From an uncultured Actinomycetota bacterium (GTDB taxonomy: Bacteria; Actinomycetota; Actinomycetes; JAFAQI01), in contig CAVYQE010000010.1 of the NCBI GenBank assembly GCA_963770565.1, positions 1 through 64,000 of the forward strand: DNA of 64,000 nucleotides. The letters are read 5' to 3'. Positions 9,801 through 19,370 of the stretch are shown piece after piece. Numbering within the stretch: position 1 is the first letter of the stretch; each line of letters starts with the position of its first letter. The translations under genes were made by a program, and so were the position numbers. The notes beneath the pieces were generated by a model, which did no database searches, was not told the DNA's origin, and saw only the letters and a list, made by a program, of their open reading frames with translations.

Positions 9801-10926
9801 GGGCGAGCGGCAGCCGGATGACCGGGTCGAACTTGTGCACGTTGCGAAAGGCGTTCAATCCGCCGTTGAGGGCGTTTCGCTCGGTGAGGGCGAGGACCGG
9901 CCCGATGGAGGCGACATGGCCGAACGTGGTCAGCACGAGTCCGGTCGCGAGGCACAGAGCGAGGAAGAGTCGGTGCCGCGAGCCTCGGCGGCTGAGCCCG
10001 AAGAGCCCGGCGGCGGCGACCAGCGCGGTGGCGAAGATGACCGAACGCTCCGTCACGAAGATGTAGCCGGCCGGCCAGACCCCCTTCCCGAGGTAGGCCT
10101 CCCAGTGCTCCGCGCCGCGCAATGTGGTGGCGAGCGAGGTGGGACCGGTGGTGACCGCCGCCGACTCGATCCAGTTGAGAAACGGCGGGCTGTACTTGCC
10201 GAGCACGAGGAGCGGGACCGTCCACCACAGGCAGGCCAGGCCGACCGCCAACGCCCACCAGCGCATCAGGGCGGCGCGGCGCGGGCCCCGCTCCCGGGTG
10301 AGCAGCCACAGAATCGGGATCGGCAGGATCGCCAGGGTGGCCGCGGCGTTGGTCCCGCCGGCGAACAGCAAGGCGACACCCGAAAGTGCAGCGGCGCGCC
10401 GCGCCGAGCCGCCGTAGGCGCCGGCGCGCGAGCCGCGCACCAGAGGGATCAGCACCCACGGCGCCACAACGACCGGCAGCAGCTCGGAGGAGATGATGCC
10501 GATCTCCATCAGCATCCGCGGGGCGAGCGCGTAGACCAGACCGGCCGCGACCCGCGGCCACCAGCCCGCGATCCCGAGCAGGCGCGAGAGCCGGAAGACG
10601 CCGAGGAAGGCGACGACCAGGAGCACGGACTCCCAGCTGCGCTGGATCACCCACGGCGTGAGGTGGACCAGATGGCCGAGCGCGAAGAACGGTCCCATCG
10701 GGAACAGATATCCGTACGCCTGGTTCTGCAGCGTGCCGGCGTCCGAGGTCGGGTCCCACGCCGACGCCGCGGTGGCCAGGAAGTGCCACGGTGCGACCAC
10801 CAGGTCGAACTTGGTGTCGGCCGCGATCAGGGCCGAGCTCTGGGTGAAGACCAGGAGCGTGATGATCAGGCAGACCGCGATCAGCCGGAGCCGGTCCCGG
10901 GAAACCGCCGGGCTCGGGCTGGTCAT
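6757..10926 (-). CDS. aftD: Alpha-(1->3)-arabinofuranosyltransferase AftD family (DUF3367)
   Basis: DTKFDL, LQNQAYGYLFPMGPF, YSPPFLNWIES, FRNVHKFDP, discoidin-like ALDGDPTTAW repeats, VDGWQQAW; about 1390 aa. Confidence 0.88.
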   Translation of the reverse strand: MTSPSPAVSRDRLRLIAVCLIITLLVFTQSSALIAADTKFDLVVAPWHFLATAASAWDPTSDAGTLQNQAYGYLFPMGPFFALGHLVHLTPWVIQRSWESVLLVVAFLGVFRLSRLLGIAGWWPRVAAGLVYALAPRMLMEIGIISSELLPVVVAPWVLIPLVRGSRAGAYGGSARRAAALSGVALLFAGGTNAAATLAILPIPILWLLTRERGPRRAALMRWWALAVGLACLWWTVPLLVLGKYSPPFLNWIESAAVTTGPTSLATTLRGAEHWEAYLGKGVWPAGYIFVTERSVIFATALVAAAGLFGLSRRGSRHRLFLALCLATGLVLTTFGHVASIGPVLALTERNALNGGLNAFRNVHKFDPVIRLPLALGVGQLVAMSIARWRRRSAAAAGTPRRTWDFDPRPTFTVAALCIAVAAVAPAVTGTLIPELHTVNEPNWWVQAADWLGHQGDGRALVVPGAAQPIYIWGSPRDDALQPVAKSPWSARNSIPLAQAGYIRLLDEIDSDLAAGRDDPTLSPVLARSGVRYVVVRNDLDVSASDATPLRYIYATLENSAGFREVANFGPGVIPATNPNELIDDGTVPSQAAITVFENVGWSGAAALLPLSQAVAANGSADNLTDLTAAGVTPDQPVIFAPSVVPMVAGTEPPLTAMSDGVRRREFGFGSIDHYSDTMTATQPYTTKRAAHDYLPSPAPALSTTSYLGISDVQASSSGAGATALVNVSPANGPWSALDGDPTTAWRVGSIDGAIGQWLQVDLRAPINTTQASVTFAGANGVFPDLIRVDTSTGHLDEAVTPDGAPQTIRIPSGATRFVRLTFLGATGRGNGAAAGIAELSLPSVLAARSLVVPGASRPGLIAFSVADGYRGECLTVNGQPVCDPTWVTAGEEDNSLARTFALSKSATYDTQATVRLRPGTSLDQLLDRGEPLRALASSVNSDDPRQRAGAAVDGDLTTGWTAAVSDLKPTLTISTRRPHLLNAVELTPLATGVARAPVEVEVTAGGETVDRVLPASGIARLDYPVRTRTVSIHVVRASLRITTSSITGKSEFLPVGIAEVNLLGRNEPIPLFRSDITLSCGAGLSMVVDGTTMQLHVKALSATALGGAALTARPCPTPGSLALHLPAAWMLLGAGPHRITLNATDVTDPQSLVLAKVGQPARPAPIALPLRTLSWSASSRSVEVHTTAAALLVVHENENAGWQATFNGVTLSPVTVDGWQQAWVVPSGTDGVVHLRFTPQTAFRAGLIGGAGAAVLLLGLTLPLPSRWQRRSRRRPVGTTAPAALVRWALVLGTLALLGSVSGLVIGAILIVVEVATPSVLRDRVTTWALGITVGAAIVAETAATAAARHPLAGSAGVQVLCLAAIGIVLVRCLVPRDRPPGAGEPTQ

Positions 10927-10981
10927 CCGTGGCCGCGGATCGTCGAGCCCTGTGCCCGTCGTCCGGGGGTGGTCCGCGGCA

Positions 10982-11756
10982 CTAATACGGCCAGTCGCGC
11001 GAGGGGTGGCCGAGCAGCCGGGCCACCGGATAGGCACGCACCGTGAGAGCGCACTTGACCATGATCATCCGGGCGAAATAGCCGAGCTGCCAGAGCTGCC
11101 GGGCCGTGTTGCGGGCCCGTTCGACGCCCCGGACGGGTTGGTGGCGATACTCGGCCATCGAGCCGTCCCGGCCGACGTAGGCGAAGCGGCCGCCGAAGAC
11201 CAGCAGTCGCAGCTGCGCGCCCGTGACGCCAATGGCGTTAAAGGCGTCATGGATGAGCAGCGTCCCTCCGGTGGCGACTCGGTCGCCCCAACGTTCGATG
11301 TCGTCCTTGGCGGGTGCGTATCGATGCGCGCCGTCTATGTAGAGGAGATCGATCGGGCCAGCGACGTCGGCGAGCGCCGTACTCGAGGTCTTGCGGATGT
11401 GCCCGACCCGGTCGGCGACCCCGGCCGCGGCGAGGTTGGCCATGAACGTGGCGTGGTCCGCCGCACCGCGTCCGGCGTCGGGCGAGATCTCGTTCGGTCC
11501 GCGATCACCGCCGCCGTGCGGGTCGATCGCGGTCACCCGCACACTCCTGGTCCGCGCCCTTCGCGAGGACGATCGTCGACCGGCCGTGGAAGGACCCGAT
11601 CTCGACGATCTGACCGGTCTCGGGCACTGCCCGGGCGGCCTGCCAGAGCCGCGCCGCCTGCGCGTCGGTCATCCAGCCTTCGACGCCCGTGACCGCGGCC
11701 AGGGTGCTCGCGAAGGCGTTCGGCCCGAGACGATCAGGCGTGGGGTTCTCAGGCAT
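10982..11756 (-). CDS. Class I SAM methyltransferase (Methyltransf_24-like), split by one frameshift near 11543
   Basis: N-part VEGWMT..IVEIGSFHGRST (frame of ORF 11505..11903) continues as VRVTAIDPH..IDLLYIDGAHRY..IHD (frame of ORF 10982..11542); one extra base at the junction. Confidence 0.75.
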
Positions 11757-11806
11757 CGAACGGGACAGTAGTCGACCGCGCTGAAGCCGGCATCGTTCGG
11801 CGGTGA

Positions 11807-12634
11807 TCAGGGCCGGTGGGTCTTGAAGATCGCCGTACCGGGGAGGATCGCACCGCGCAGTGGGCTCCACTGCCCCCAGGGCCGGTCGTGACCGGCCGGC
11901 CACTCAGGCTCGACGATGTCGTCGATCACCAGGCCCGCCGCCACGACGTCGCGGACCCGGTCTCCGATCGTGCGGTGATGCTCGACGTAGGTCGGGATGC
12001 CGCGCTCGTCCTGCTCGACATACGCCCGCCGGTCGAAGTACGACGTCTGGGCCACCAGGCCGCCCACTCCGGGATCATCGGGAAAGCACCACCGGATCGG
12101 GTGGGTCACCGAGAACACCCACCGGCCGCCGGGACGCAACACCCGCGCGACCTCACGCATGACGGTGGCCGAGTCGGCCACGAACGGCAGGGCGCCGTAC
12201 GCCGAGCAGGCCAGGTCGAACGACGCATCAGCGAACGGCAGCTGCTGCGCGTCGGCCTGCACGGCACACACCACGACACCGGTGCGGGCATCGAGGGCGC
12301 GCGCGTGAGCCAGCTGGGACGCGGAGAGGTCGACTGCGACCGGCCAGGCCCGCTGCCCGAGGAGCCAGCGGCTGCACTGCGCGGCGCCGGCGCCGACCTC
12401 GAGCACCCGCTTGCCGGCCACGTCGCCGAGCAGGTGCGCATCGGCCTCCCGAAGCCGCTCGGGGCACCAGACGAAGTCTGCGTCGCCGAGGAAGTCACCG
12501 TGCTCGTCCTGGTAGTCCGACGCACTGCTGTCCCACCAGCTCTGCGAGGCCCGGCGGCTTTCGCTGGCCGCGACGTCACGTCGGACCGGCTTCAGGAAGG
12601 TGGCCGCGCCTTCCGCGGGTTCGGCTTCCTGCAT
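11807..12634 (-). CDS. Class I SAM-dependent methyltransferase (actinobacterial type usually near rpsA)
   Basis: WWD...YQDEHGDFLG, VLEVGAGAAQCSRWL, RVLRPGG, HHRTIGD. CACAAT -10 lies 6 nt before the ATG. Confidence 0.85.
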   Translation of the reverse strand: MQEAEPAEGAATFLKPVRRDVAASESRRASQSWWDSSASDYQDEHGDFLGDADFVWCPERLREADAHLLGDVAGKRVLEVGAGAAQCSRWLLGQRAWPVAVDLSASQLAHARALDARTGVVVCAVQADAQQLPFADASFDLACSAYGALPFVADSATVMREVARVLRPGGRWVFSVTHPIRWCFPDDPGVGGLVAQTSYFDRRAYVEQDERGIPTYVEHHRTIGDRVRDVVAAGLVIDDIVEPEWPAGHDRPWGQWSPLRGAILPGTAIFKTHRP

Positions 12635-12750
12635 GCCACCATTGTGGTGTCTCAGGCGCGCGACCCCACCCGCCGGGCCGCATAGGATTTCGCCGTCGAG
12701 CCAGTTCGGCCCTGAGGGCGTAGTTGACCGAGCGTGGACGGAGCCTGCCG

Positions 12751-14691
12751 GTGACGCAGTCGGATACCGCGGAGTCGGATACCGCGGAGCGTACGACGCA
12801 GAGCGCCGCCACGAGCCTGGCAAAGGCACTATCCGGGCTGGGATCGGTCGAGGTCTACACCGTCGGGCTGGTGGTGGTCGCCCTGCTGCAGGCGGTCTGG
12901 CTGGCGATCCTGATGCACGCCGGCTGGTACTACCAGGCCGACTTCGACAACCTCGCGGCCGCGACCGGGAGCTCGCTCAGCTGGTCCTACCTGATCGCGT
13001 CGCAGGGCGGGCATCTCGACGTCGTCGGCCGGCTCGTGCTGTGGGTGCTCAACCGCACGGTGCCGTTGAACTACGGCGCCACCATCGCACTGCGCGCGGT
13101 CGCGTCCGCGGTGGTGACCTACCTGCTCGGGCGGCTGCTCCGGGAGCTGGTCGGACCGCGCCGCGGGCTGCTCGCCCTGGTGGTGCTCTTCGCGCTCAGT
13201 CCGCTGCTCGTGCAGAGCACGCTGTGGCTGACCTCGGCGATCAACTTCCTGTTGTCCGAGCTGCTGGTGCTCGCCGCGCTGCGCTCGCATGTTCGTTACG
13301 CCGTGACCGGTCGACTGCGCTGGGCGGCGTGCACCGGCGCCGCAATGCTCGCCGCAACGCTCGTCGCCGAGCAGGCCGCGGTCACGGCGCTGGCGCTTCC
13401 GGTGCTGACCTTCGCGTTCCTGTCGGAAGGCCCGGTGCGGAGCCGGCTACGCGCGGTTCGCCGCAGCTGGCCGGCCTGGCTGATGACCGGCGTGCCGATC
13501 CTCGCCTTCGCGGTGTTCTACTTCGCGTCGGGCAAGTACGCGACGAAGACGAGCGGGTTCACCGCCGGCGATGCGGTGGGGCTGGTGCGGGCGTTCTGGT
13601 TCGACACCCTGGTACCCGGGCTCTTCGGCGGCCCGCTGGCCTGGAGCACGTTGGGCGGCAACTTCTTCGCCTTCAGCGACCCTCCGATCGCCGAACGCGT
13701 GGTCGCCGTCGTACTGCTCGCGCTCGTCATCGCGTGGACGGTCCGGCGTACCTCGCTCTGGGCGTTGTGGGGCTGGGCGATCCCGGCCTTGGTCAGCGGG
13801 ATCGGCCTGGTCTTCGTCGGGCGCGCCCGGTTCGAGCTCTTCGGCGGCTTCTCGGTCTCCAGGCACTTCGAGTACGCGTCGTACGCGGCGGTCCCCGCCG
13901 CCGTCGGTGTCGCGCTGGCGATCTGGCCGGTGTCCCTGGTCGACATCCGAGCGCGGATCGCCGGTGCGAGGATTCCGGTCGACGAGCGACCGAAGCCGTC
14001 CCGACATGCCATCCTCCGGCGGTGGCCGGAGCGCGGGGTCGTGGTCGCGATCGCGCTGCTCTCGGCGATCTCGGCCGGTACGTACGCCCAACACTGGTCG
14101 CAGTCGCCGGCCAAGGCCTACGTCGCGCGGCTTTCCGCCGGGCTGTCGGAGGAGGGCTCCGACGCCACGGTGTTCGACACCTTCGTGGCGGGCAATGTCA
14201 TGCCGGCGATCCAGGACCACCGGCACGTGGGCGATTTGCTGGCCCTGATGGGCTCGCACGCCTACCTGAACAACGGGCCGCTCCCGGCCCGCGTCGTCAG
14301 CTCGGCCGGAAACCTGGTCCCCGCCGGTTTCCTGACCACCGCCTCGGTGCACATGCCGCACTCGAACCCGTTCTGCAACGACCTGTACGCCGGTCAGACC
14401 CCCAAGAGGCAACGGCTCAGCAGCGTTCCGCACCTGAACGAGTGGTTCCTGCGGCTTACCTATTTCGAGCAGCGGCCATCCATCCTCGACGTCCAGGCGG
14501 TGACTGCGCAGGGCACCGTCATCACGCCGGTTGGCGGAAGCCAGGTGTTGCTCCAAACGCGGGTAGGCAACGTCTACTTGCTGCTGCCGCAGTCCCAACC
14601 GGTCGCGGTACGGATCCAGGGCGCGACGCTGGCCACCAATGTCTGCCTGACCGGTATCTCGGTCGGCTACCCGTTCCCGGCCGGGAAGTAG
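12751..14691 (+). CDS. Polytopic membrane protein, putative GT-C glycosyltransferase with an extracellular C-terminal domain
   Basis: First TM followed by WYYQADFDNL acidic loop, about 11 TMs, soluble C-terminal domain; next to a GT2. Confidence 0.55.
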   Translation: MTQSDTAESDTAERTTQSAATSLAKALSGLGSVEVYTVGLVVVALLQAVWLAILMHAGWYYQADFDNLAAATGSSLSWSYLIASQGGHLDVVGRLVLWVLNRTVPLNYGATIALRAVASAVVTYLLGRLLRELVGPRRGLLALVVLFALSPLLVQSTLWLTSAINFLLSELLVLAALRSHVRYAVTGRLRWAACTGAAMLAATLVAEQAAVTALALPVLTFAFLSEGPVRSRLRAVRRSWPAWLMTGVPILAFAVFYFASGKYATKTSGFTAGDAVGLVRAFWFDTLVPGLFGGPLAWSTLGGNFFAFSDPPIAERVVAVVLLALVIAWTVRRTSLWALWGWAIPALVSGIGLVFVGRARFELFGGFSVSRHFEYASYAAVPAAVGVALAIWPVSLVDIRARIAGARIPVDERPKPSRHAILRRWPERGVVVAIALLSAISAGTYAQHWSQSPAKAYVARLSAGLSEEGSDATVFDTFVAGNVMPAIQDHRHVGDLLALMGSHAYLNNGPLPARVVSSAGNLVPAGFLTTASVHMPHSNPFCNDLYAGQTPKRQRLSSVPHLNEWFLRLTYFEQRPSILDVQAVTAQGTVITPVGGSQVLLQTRVGNVYLLLPQSQPVAVRIQGATLATNVCLTGISVGYPFPAGK

Positions 14692-14766
14692 CGTCCGGCC
14701 GGAAGGTAACGCAGTGGGAGTTGTGACCGCGGCCCTCGGGAGCCCGTTCTCGATACCATTTCAACG

Positions 14767-15846
14767 GTGAAGCTGGTCGTGCAGATCCCGTGCCTCAACG
14801 AGGAGCTCACCCTGCCGGCCGTCCTGCAGACGATCCCGCAGTCCATCCCCGGAATCGACGAAATCGTCGTCCTCGTCATCGACGACGGGTCAACGGATGC
14901 GACGGTCGAGGTAGCCCGCCACCACGGGGTGACCCAGTTCGTCCGGCACGCCGGCACCCGCGGGCTCGGGCGCTCCTTCCACGACGGCATCGAGCGCGCT
15001 CTGGAGCTCGGGGCCGACATCGTCGTGAACACCGACGGCGACAACCAGTACCCGCAGGCGCGGATCCCGGACCTGGTGGCGCCGATCGTCGAGGGCACCG
15101 CGGACATCGTGATCGCCGATCGACAGGTCCACCTGGTCGAGCACTTCTCCAGAGCGAAGGTCCTGCTGCAGCGGATCGGTAGTCGCGTCGTCAACCGGGC
15201 GGCGGGGACGAGAGTGCCCGATGCGGCCAGCGGCTTCCGGGCCTACTCGCGCGACAGCCTGATGTTGCTCAACACCATCACCCGCTTCAGCTACACGATG
15301 GAGACGATCATCCAGGCCGGCAACAAGCGGCTGAAGATCACCAGTGTCCCGGTCGTCACCAATCCCAAGACCCGCGAGTCGAGGCTGTTCCGTTCGCCCG
15401 CGCAGCACGTCCGGATGTCGGCCGCGGCGATCCTGCGGGCCTGGATCATGTACCGGCCGATCACGCTCTTCACCATGCTCGCGGTCTGCTCCGGTGTGCT
15501 CGGCCTGGTGCCGTTCGTGCGGTGGGCGTACCTACAGGTCACGGACACCGTCCCCGGCGGCCACGTCCAGTCGTTGCTGGCCGGCTCCGTCCTTCTCATC
15601 TTCGCGTTCCTGTGCGTCCTCGTGGGGATCATCGCGGACTTGGTGCGGACAAACCGGATCCTGATCGAGGACACCTTGGAACACACCAAGAAGATGCGTT
15701 TCGGCCGTGACGCCGCGACGCTGGACCTGCCGACGGCGTTGCTCGAAGGCAGCGCCGTCGTCAGCGCAGCCGGGTCGGTCGAAGAAGCGACGTCTGGTCC
15801 GGATACGGCAACGTCGGTGTCAGGCCCCGCAGCCGGGTTTCGGTGA
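14767..15846 (+). CDS. Glycosyltransferase family 2 (polyprenol-phosphate sugar synthase-like, two C-terminal TMs)
   Basis: IPCLNEE, IDDGSTD, NTDGDNQY, DAASGFRAYS. TACCAT -10 lies 7 nt upstream (leaderless). Confidence 0.88.
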   Translation: MKLVVQIPCLNEELTLPAVLQTIPQSIPGIDEIVVLVIDDGSTDATVEVARHHGVTQFVRHAGTRGLGRSFHDGIERALELGADIVVNTDGDNQYPQARIPDLVAPIVEGTADIVIADRQVHLVEHFSRAKVLLQRIGSRVVNRAAGTRVPDAASGFRAYSRDSLMLLNTITRFSYTMETIIQAGNKRLKITSVPVVTNPKTRESRLFRSPAQHVRMSAAAILRAWIMYRPITLFTMLAVCSGVLGLVPFVRWAYLQVTDTVPGGHVQSLLAGSVLLIFAFLCVLVGIIADLVRTNRILIEDTLEHTKKMRFGRDAATLDLPTALLEGSAVVSAAGSVEEATSGPDTATSVSGPAAGFR

Positions 15847-16501
15847 CCGGGGCGGCCGCGATCGCCAGCCGGTAGCGCCGCCGGGCGCTGTTGTCGAAGA
15901 CGACGAGGCCGTCCACCTGTAGGTGTGGCATGGCCCGGGCGAGGCAGGCCTGGCGGGCCCGGCCGTCGATCACGACCAGATCGAACGTGCCGTGCCCGTC
16001 GATCGCCGCGACGTAAGCCTCGAAGTCGAGGCCCGCGCAGCCCTCCTTCGCCGACGGCACGACCGGATCCTCGGTCCGTGCGGCGGGCACTACGTCCATC
16101 GTGACGTTGCCGGCGGCCGCGAGTCGCTCGCCGACCAGCGAGGCAAAGCCGGGATCGTGCTCGACGGTGCGCACCTCGTCGGCCCGTTGGGCCAGCCAGA
16201 GCGTGCTGGCGCCGGACCCGTACTCGAAGACCCGGATCGGCCGGGGCCGGGCGGCCAGCCACGCCTCGACCGCGTCGATCGACCGGTACGTCCACCACGG
16301 CACGTCGAGCCCGGCCAGCGCGAGCGAGTCGTGCGCACAGGTCAGGCTGTACATCCAGTGCCGGATCCGGTGCGCCCGGGCGGGCGGCCGGCTCGGCATC
16401 AGCCCCAGCCGGTCCAGCCCTCTGCCGGCGCCGCGTGCGGTTGCCGCGTAGCCGGCCTTCGTCCCGTTGATCAGCTCGCTGCGGATCCGTCCATTGGTCA
16501 T
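15761..16501 (-). CDS. Class I SAM-dependent methyltransferase
   Basis: VPWWTY, VFEYGSGASTLW, FDLVVIDGRAR, VVFDNS. ATGA overlap with the upstream gene. Confidence 0.75.
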   Translation of the reverse strand: MTNGRIRSELINGTKAGYAATARGAGRGLDRLGLMPSRPPARAHRIRHWMYSLTCAHDSLALAGLDVPWWTYRSIDAVEAWLAARPRPIRVFEYGSGASTLWLAQRADEVRTVEHDPGFASLVGERLAAAGNVTMDVVPAARTEDPVVPSAKEGCAGLDFEAYVAAIDGHGTFDLVVIDGRARQACLARAMPHLQVDGLVVFDNSARRRYRLAIAAAPVTETRLRGLTPTLPYPDQTSLLRPTRLR

Positions 16502-17517
16502 GGCAGCAAGCCAGGAGTCGATCCGGAGGACGGTGCCGCGGCGGGCGCGGGGATCCGGCCGGGCGCGCGGCGTCCGGCGACGACCAGGGCGGTAGCGCCC
16601 AGCACCGCGTCCACGAGCAGCAGCGACGACCGCGACAACAGCGCGACGGCTGCGCCGGACGCGGTCGGCAGCCCGCACAGCGCGACGAAGACCAGCTCGC
16701 GGACGCCTGCGCCCGCGGGCACCGGAACGGCCAGGAAGCCGACTGTCCACGCCGCCACCGCGGCCAGGATGATCTGCGACGGAGAGGCGTCGAGGCTCAG
16801 CAACCTGGTGAGGGACAGCGAGGCCACTCCGAGCAACACCCAGGCGGGCGCGCACCAGCCGACCAGGCTCGCCAGCGTCGACACCGGCGGAGCGGGCGCG
16901 TCGAGGCGGCCACCGGTCAGCCGCCGCGCCGCCGCCAGCACAGGGCGGAGCAGGGTCGGATGGACCACGGCCGGGGCAAGGACGAGCAGCGGCGCGAACA
17001 GCCAGCCCCACCCCGGTCCGCCGGCGAGCGCCATCGCCGGACCGGCGACGCCACAGACCATCCCGGCGGCGACACACATCGTGCCGTAGGCGAGCAGCGT
17101 GGAGGAGTAGCTCGAGGCTCGGGCGATGCCGCCGCGCCGGGCCAGCTCTCCTCGCCCGAGCACGGTCCACACGCTGCCCGGCAGGTACTTGCCGAGCTCG
17201 CCGCCGAGGTACCACGCGCTCGCGTCGACCGGATTGGTCCGGATCCCGAACGCGAGGAGCCAGCGCCACCATTGCAGCGCCAGAACGAGCACGAACGCGG
17301 TTGCGCAGGCCAGGGCCGGCGCGAGCCAGCCGAGCCGGGCGTGCCTCAGCTCGGTGCGGACCGACGGCCAGGAGTCGGTGAGCTCGCGGACGCAGAATCC
17401 GATCGCGGCCAGCGCGACCACCCCGCCGAGGACACGGAGCCAGCGGGCTCGGCGATGCCGGAGCTGTGCGACCGGTGCGCCGTCGCGGGCCGCCTGCTCA
17501 GCACCGGCGTCGGCCAC
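16498..17517 (-). CDS. Lysylphosphatidylglycerol-synthase TM domain (flippase-like) protein
   Basis: LGKYLPGSVW, PVPAGAGVRE, about 8 TMs. TATCGT -10 lies 6 nt before the GTG. Confidence 0.75.
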   Translation of the reverse strand: MADAGAEQAARDGAPVAQLRHRRARWLRVLGGVVALAAIGFCVRELTDSWPSVRTELRHARLGWLAPALACATAFVLVLALQWWRWLLAFGIRTNPVDASAWYLGGELGKYLPGSVWTVLGRGELARRGGIARASSYSSTLLAYGTMCVAAGMVCGVAGPAMALAGGPGWGWLFAPLLVLAPAVVHPTLLRPVLAAARRLTGGRLDAPAPPVSTLASLVGWCAPAWVLLGVASLSLTRLLSLDASPSQIILAAVAAWTVGFLAVPVPAGAGVRELVFVALCGLPTASGAAVALLSRSSLLLVDAVLGATALVVAGRRAPGRIPAPAAAPSSGSTPGLLP

Positions 17518-17644
17518 CCCTGCACGATACGGGCTGCGACCTGCCCGACTTGGACACATTCACAACCGCGATTAGACTCGCTGGTCGCGCTGCGGAACCC
17601 CTCGGCGTACCCCTATTTCTATCCATGTCCGGAGTCCCTACTAC

Positions 17645-19345
17645 ATGACCACTGCCGTCGCAGACCCGAACGCCGCCCCGAAGACATACGCCCAGGTCGC
17701 CATCAACGACATCGGCAGCCCCGAAGACTTTCTCGCCGCCATCGAAGGCACGATCAAGGAATTCAACGATGGCGACATCGTCGAAGGCGTGATCGTTCGC
17801 GTCGACCGCGACGAGGTCCTTCTCGACATCGGTTACAAGACCGAAGGGGTCATCCCCAGCCGCGAGCTGTCGATCAAGCACGACGTCGACCCCAATGAAG
17901 TGGTGTCCGTCGGCGACGCGATCGAAGCCCTTGTCCTGCAGAAGGAGGACAAGGAAGGCCGGCTGATCCTGTCCAAGAAGCGGGCGCAGTACGAGCGCGC
18001 CTGGGGCACGATCGAGCAGATCAAGGACGAGGACGGCATCGTCACCGGCACGGTCATCGAGGTCGTCAAGGGCGGCCTCATCCTCGACATCGGGTTGCGC
18101 GGCTTCCTGCCCGCCTCGCTGGTCGAGATGCGTCGGGTCCGCGACCTCCAGCCCTACGTCGGCAAGGAGCTCGAGGCCAAGATCATCGAGCTGGACAAGA
18201 ACCGGAACAACGTCGTGTTGTCGCGCCGGGCGTGGCTCGAGCAGACCCAGAGCGAGGTCCGGCAGAACTTCCTGACCCAGCTGCTCAAGGGCCAGGTCCG
18301 CAAGGGCGTCGTGTCCTCGATCGTCAACTTCGGCGCCTTCGTCGACCTCGGCGGGGTCGACGGCCTGGTTCACGTCTCCGAGCTGTCCTGGAAGCACATC
18401 GACCACCCGAGCGAGGTCGTCGAGGTCGGCCAAGAGGTCACCGTCGAGGTGCTCGACGTCGACATGGACCGCGAGCGGGTTTCGCTGTCGCTCAAGGCGA
18501 CTCAGGAAGACCCGTGGCAGGCCTTCGCCCGCACTCACACGATCGGGCAGGTCGTGCCCGGCCGGGTCACCAAGCTGGTGCCGTTCGGCTCCTTCGTCCG
18601 GGTGGCCGAGGGCATCGAGGGCCTGGTCCATATCTCCGAGCTGGCCGAGCGGCACGTCGAGATCCCGGAGCAGGTCGTCAACGTCGGCGACGAGATCTTC
18701 GTCAAGGTCATCGACATCGACCTCGAGCGGCGCCGGATCTCGCTGTCGCTGAAGCAGGCCAACGAGGGCACTGTCGGCGAGGCGGTGGCCGACCACTTCG
18801 ACCCGACCCAGTACGGCATGCCCGCCCAGTACGACGACGCCGGCAACTACATCTACCCCGAAGGCTTCGACTCCGAGACCAACGAGTGGAAGCCGGGCTA
18901 CGAGGCGCAGCAGGCCGAGTGGGAGGCGCAGTACGCCAAGGCGCACGAGCGCTGGGAGGCGCACCAGAAGCAGATGACCGCGGCCCAGGCTGCGGACGCC
19001 GAGGCGGCCGAGACCACGTCGTACACCTCGGAGCCGGCCGCAGCGACGGAAGGCGCACCGGCCGCGGCCGGCACGCTGGCCAGCGACGAAGCGCTTGCCG
19101 AGTTGCGCCGCAAGCTGACCGGCGCCGACGACGAGCCCGAAGCCGAGCCCGAAGCCGCCGCGCCTGAAGCGGCCGCGGCGCCGGAGGCTGCTGCCGACGA
19201 GCCCGCAGCGGACGACGCCACGGCCCCGGCGGCGGAGGCTTCGGCCGACGCCGCTCCGGAAGCCGCCGAGTCCGAGGCCACCGAACCTGTGGCCGCCGAG
19301 CCTGAGGCCGCCGAGCCTGAGGCCGCCGAACCAGCCGACGAGTAG
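17645..19345 (+). CDS. rpsA: 30S ribosomal protein S1 with a long acidic C-terminal tail
   Basis: [21 protein letters not shown], four S1 repeats, [16 protein letters not shown]. Confidence 0.97.
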   Translation: MTTAVADPNAAPKTYAQVAINDIGSPEDFLAAIEGTIKEFNDGDIVEGVIVRVDRDEVLLDIGYKTEGVIPSRELSIKHDVDPNEVVSVGDAIEALVLQKEDKEGRLILSKKRAQYERAWGTIEQIKDEDGIVTGTVIEVVKGGLILDIGLRGFLPASLVEMRRVRDLQPYVGKELEAKIIELDKNRNNVVLSRRAWLEQTQSEVRQNFLTQLLKGQVRKGVVSSIVNFGAFVDLGGVDGLVHVSELSWKHIDHPSEVVEVGQEVTVEVLDVDMDRERVSLSLKATQEDPWQAFARTHTIGQVVPGRVTKLVPFGSFVRVAEGIEGLVHISELAERHVEIPEQVVNVGDEIFVKVIDIDLERRRISLSLKQANEGTVGEAVADHFDPTQYGMPAQYDDAGNYIYPEGFDSETNEWKPGYEAQQAEWEAQYAKAHERWEAHQKQMTAAQAADAEAAETTSYTSEPAAATEGAPAAAGTLASDEALAELRRKLTGADDEPEAEPEAAAPEAAAAPEAAADEPAADDATAPAAEASADAAPEAAESEATEPVAAEPEAAEPEAAEPADE

Positions 19346-19370
19346 ATCGAGTAGCGCGCGGCGGTCTGAC

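Noticed and set aside
6821-11046. Plus-strand ORFs of 345-822 aa opposite aftD
   Set aside because: Arg/Gly/Pro-rich shadow translations; the minus strand has clear family motifs.
12759-12790. Tandem 15-bp repeat GTCGGATACCGCGGA x2
   Set aside because: In-frame coding duplication (SDTAE) in a disordered N-terminus; no sign of phase variation.
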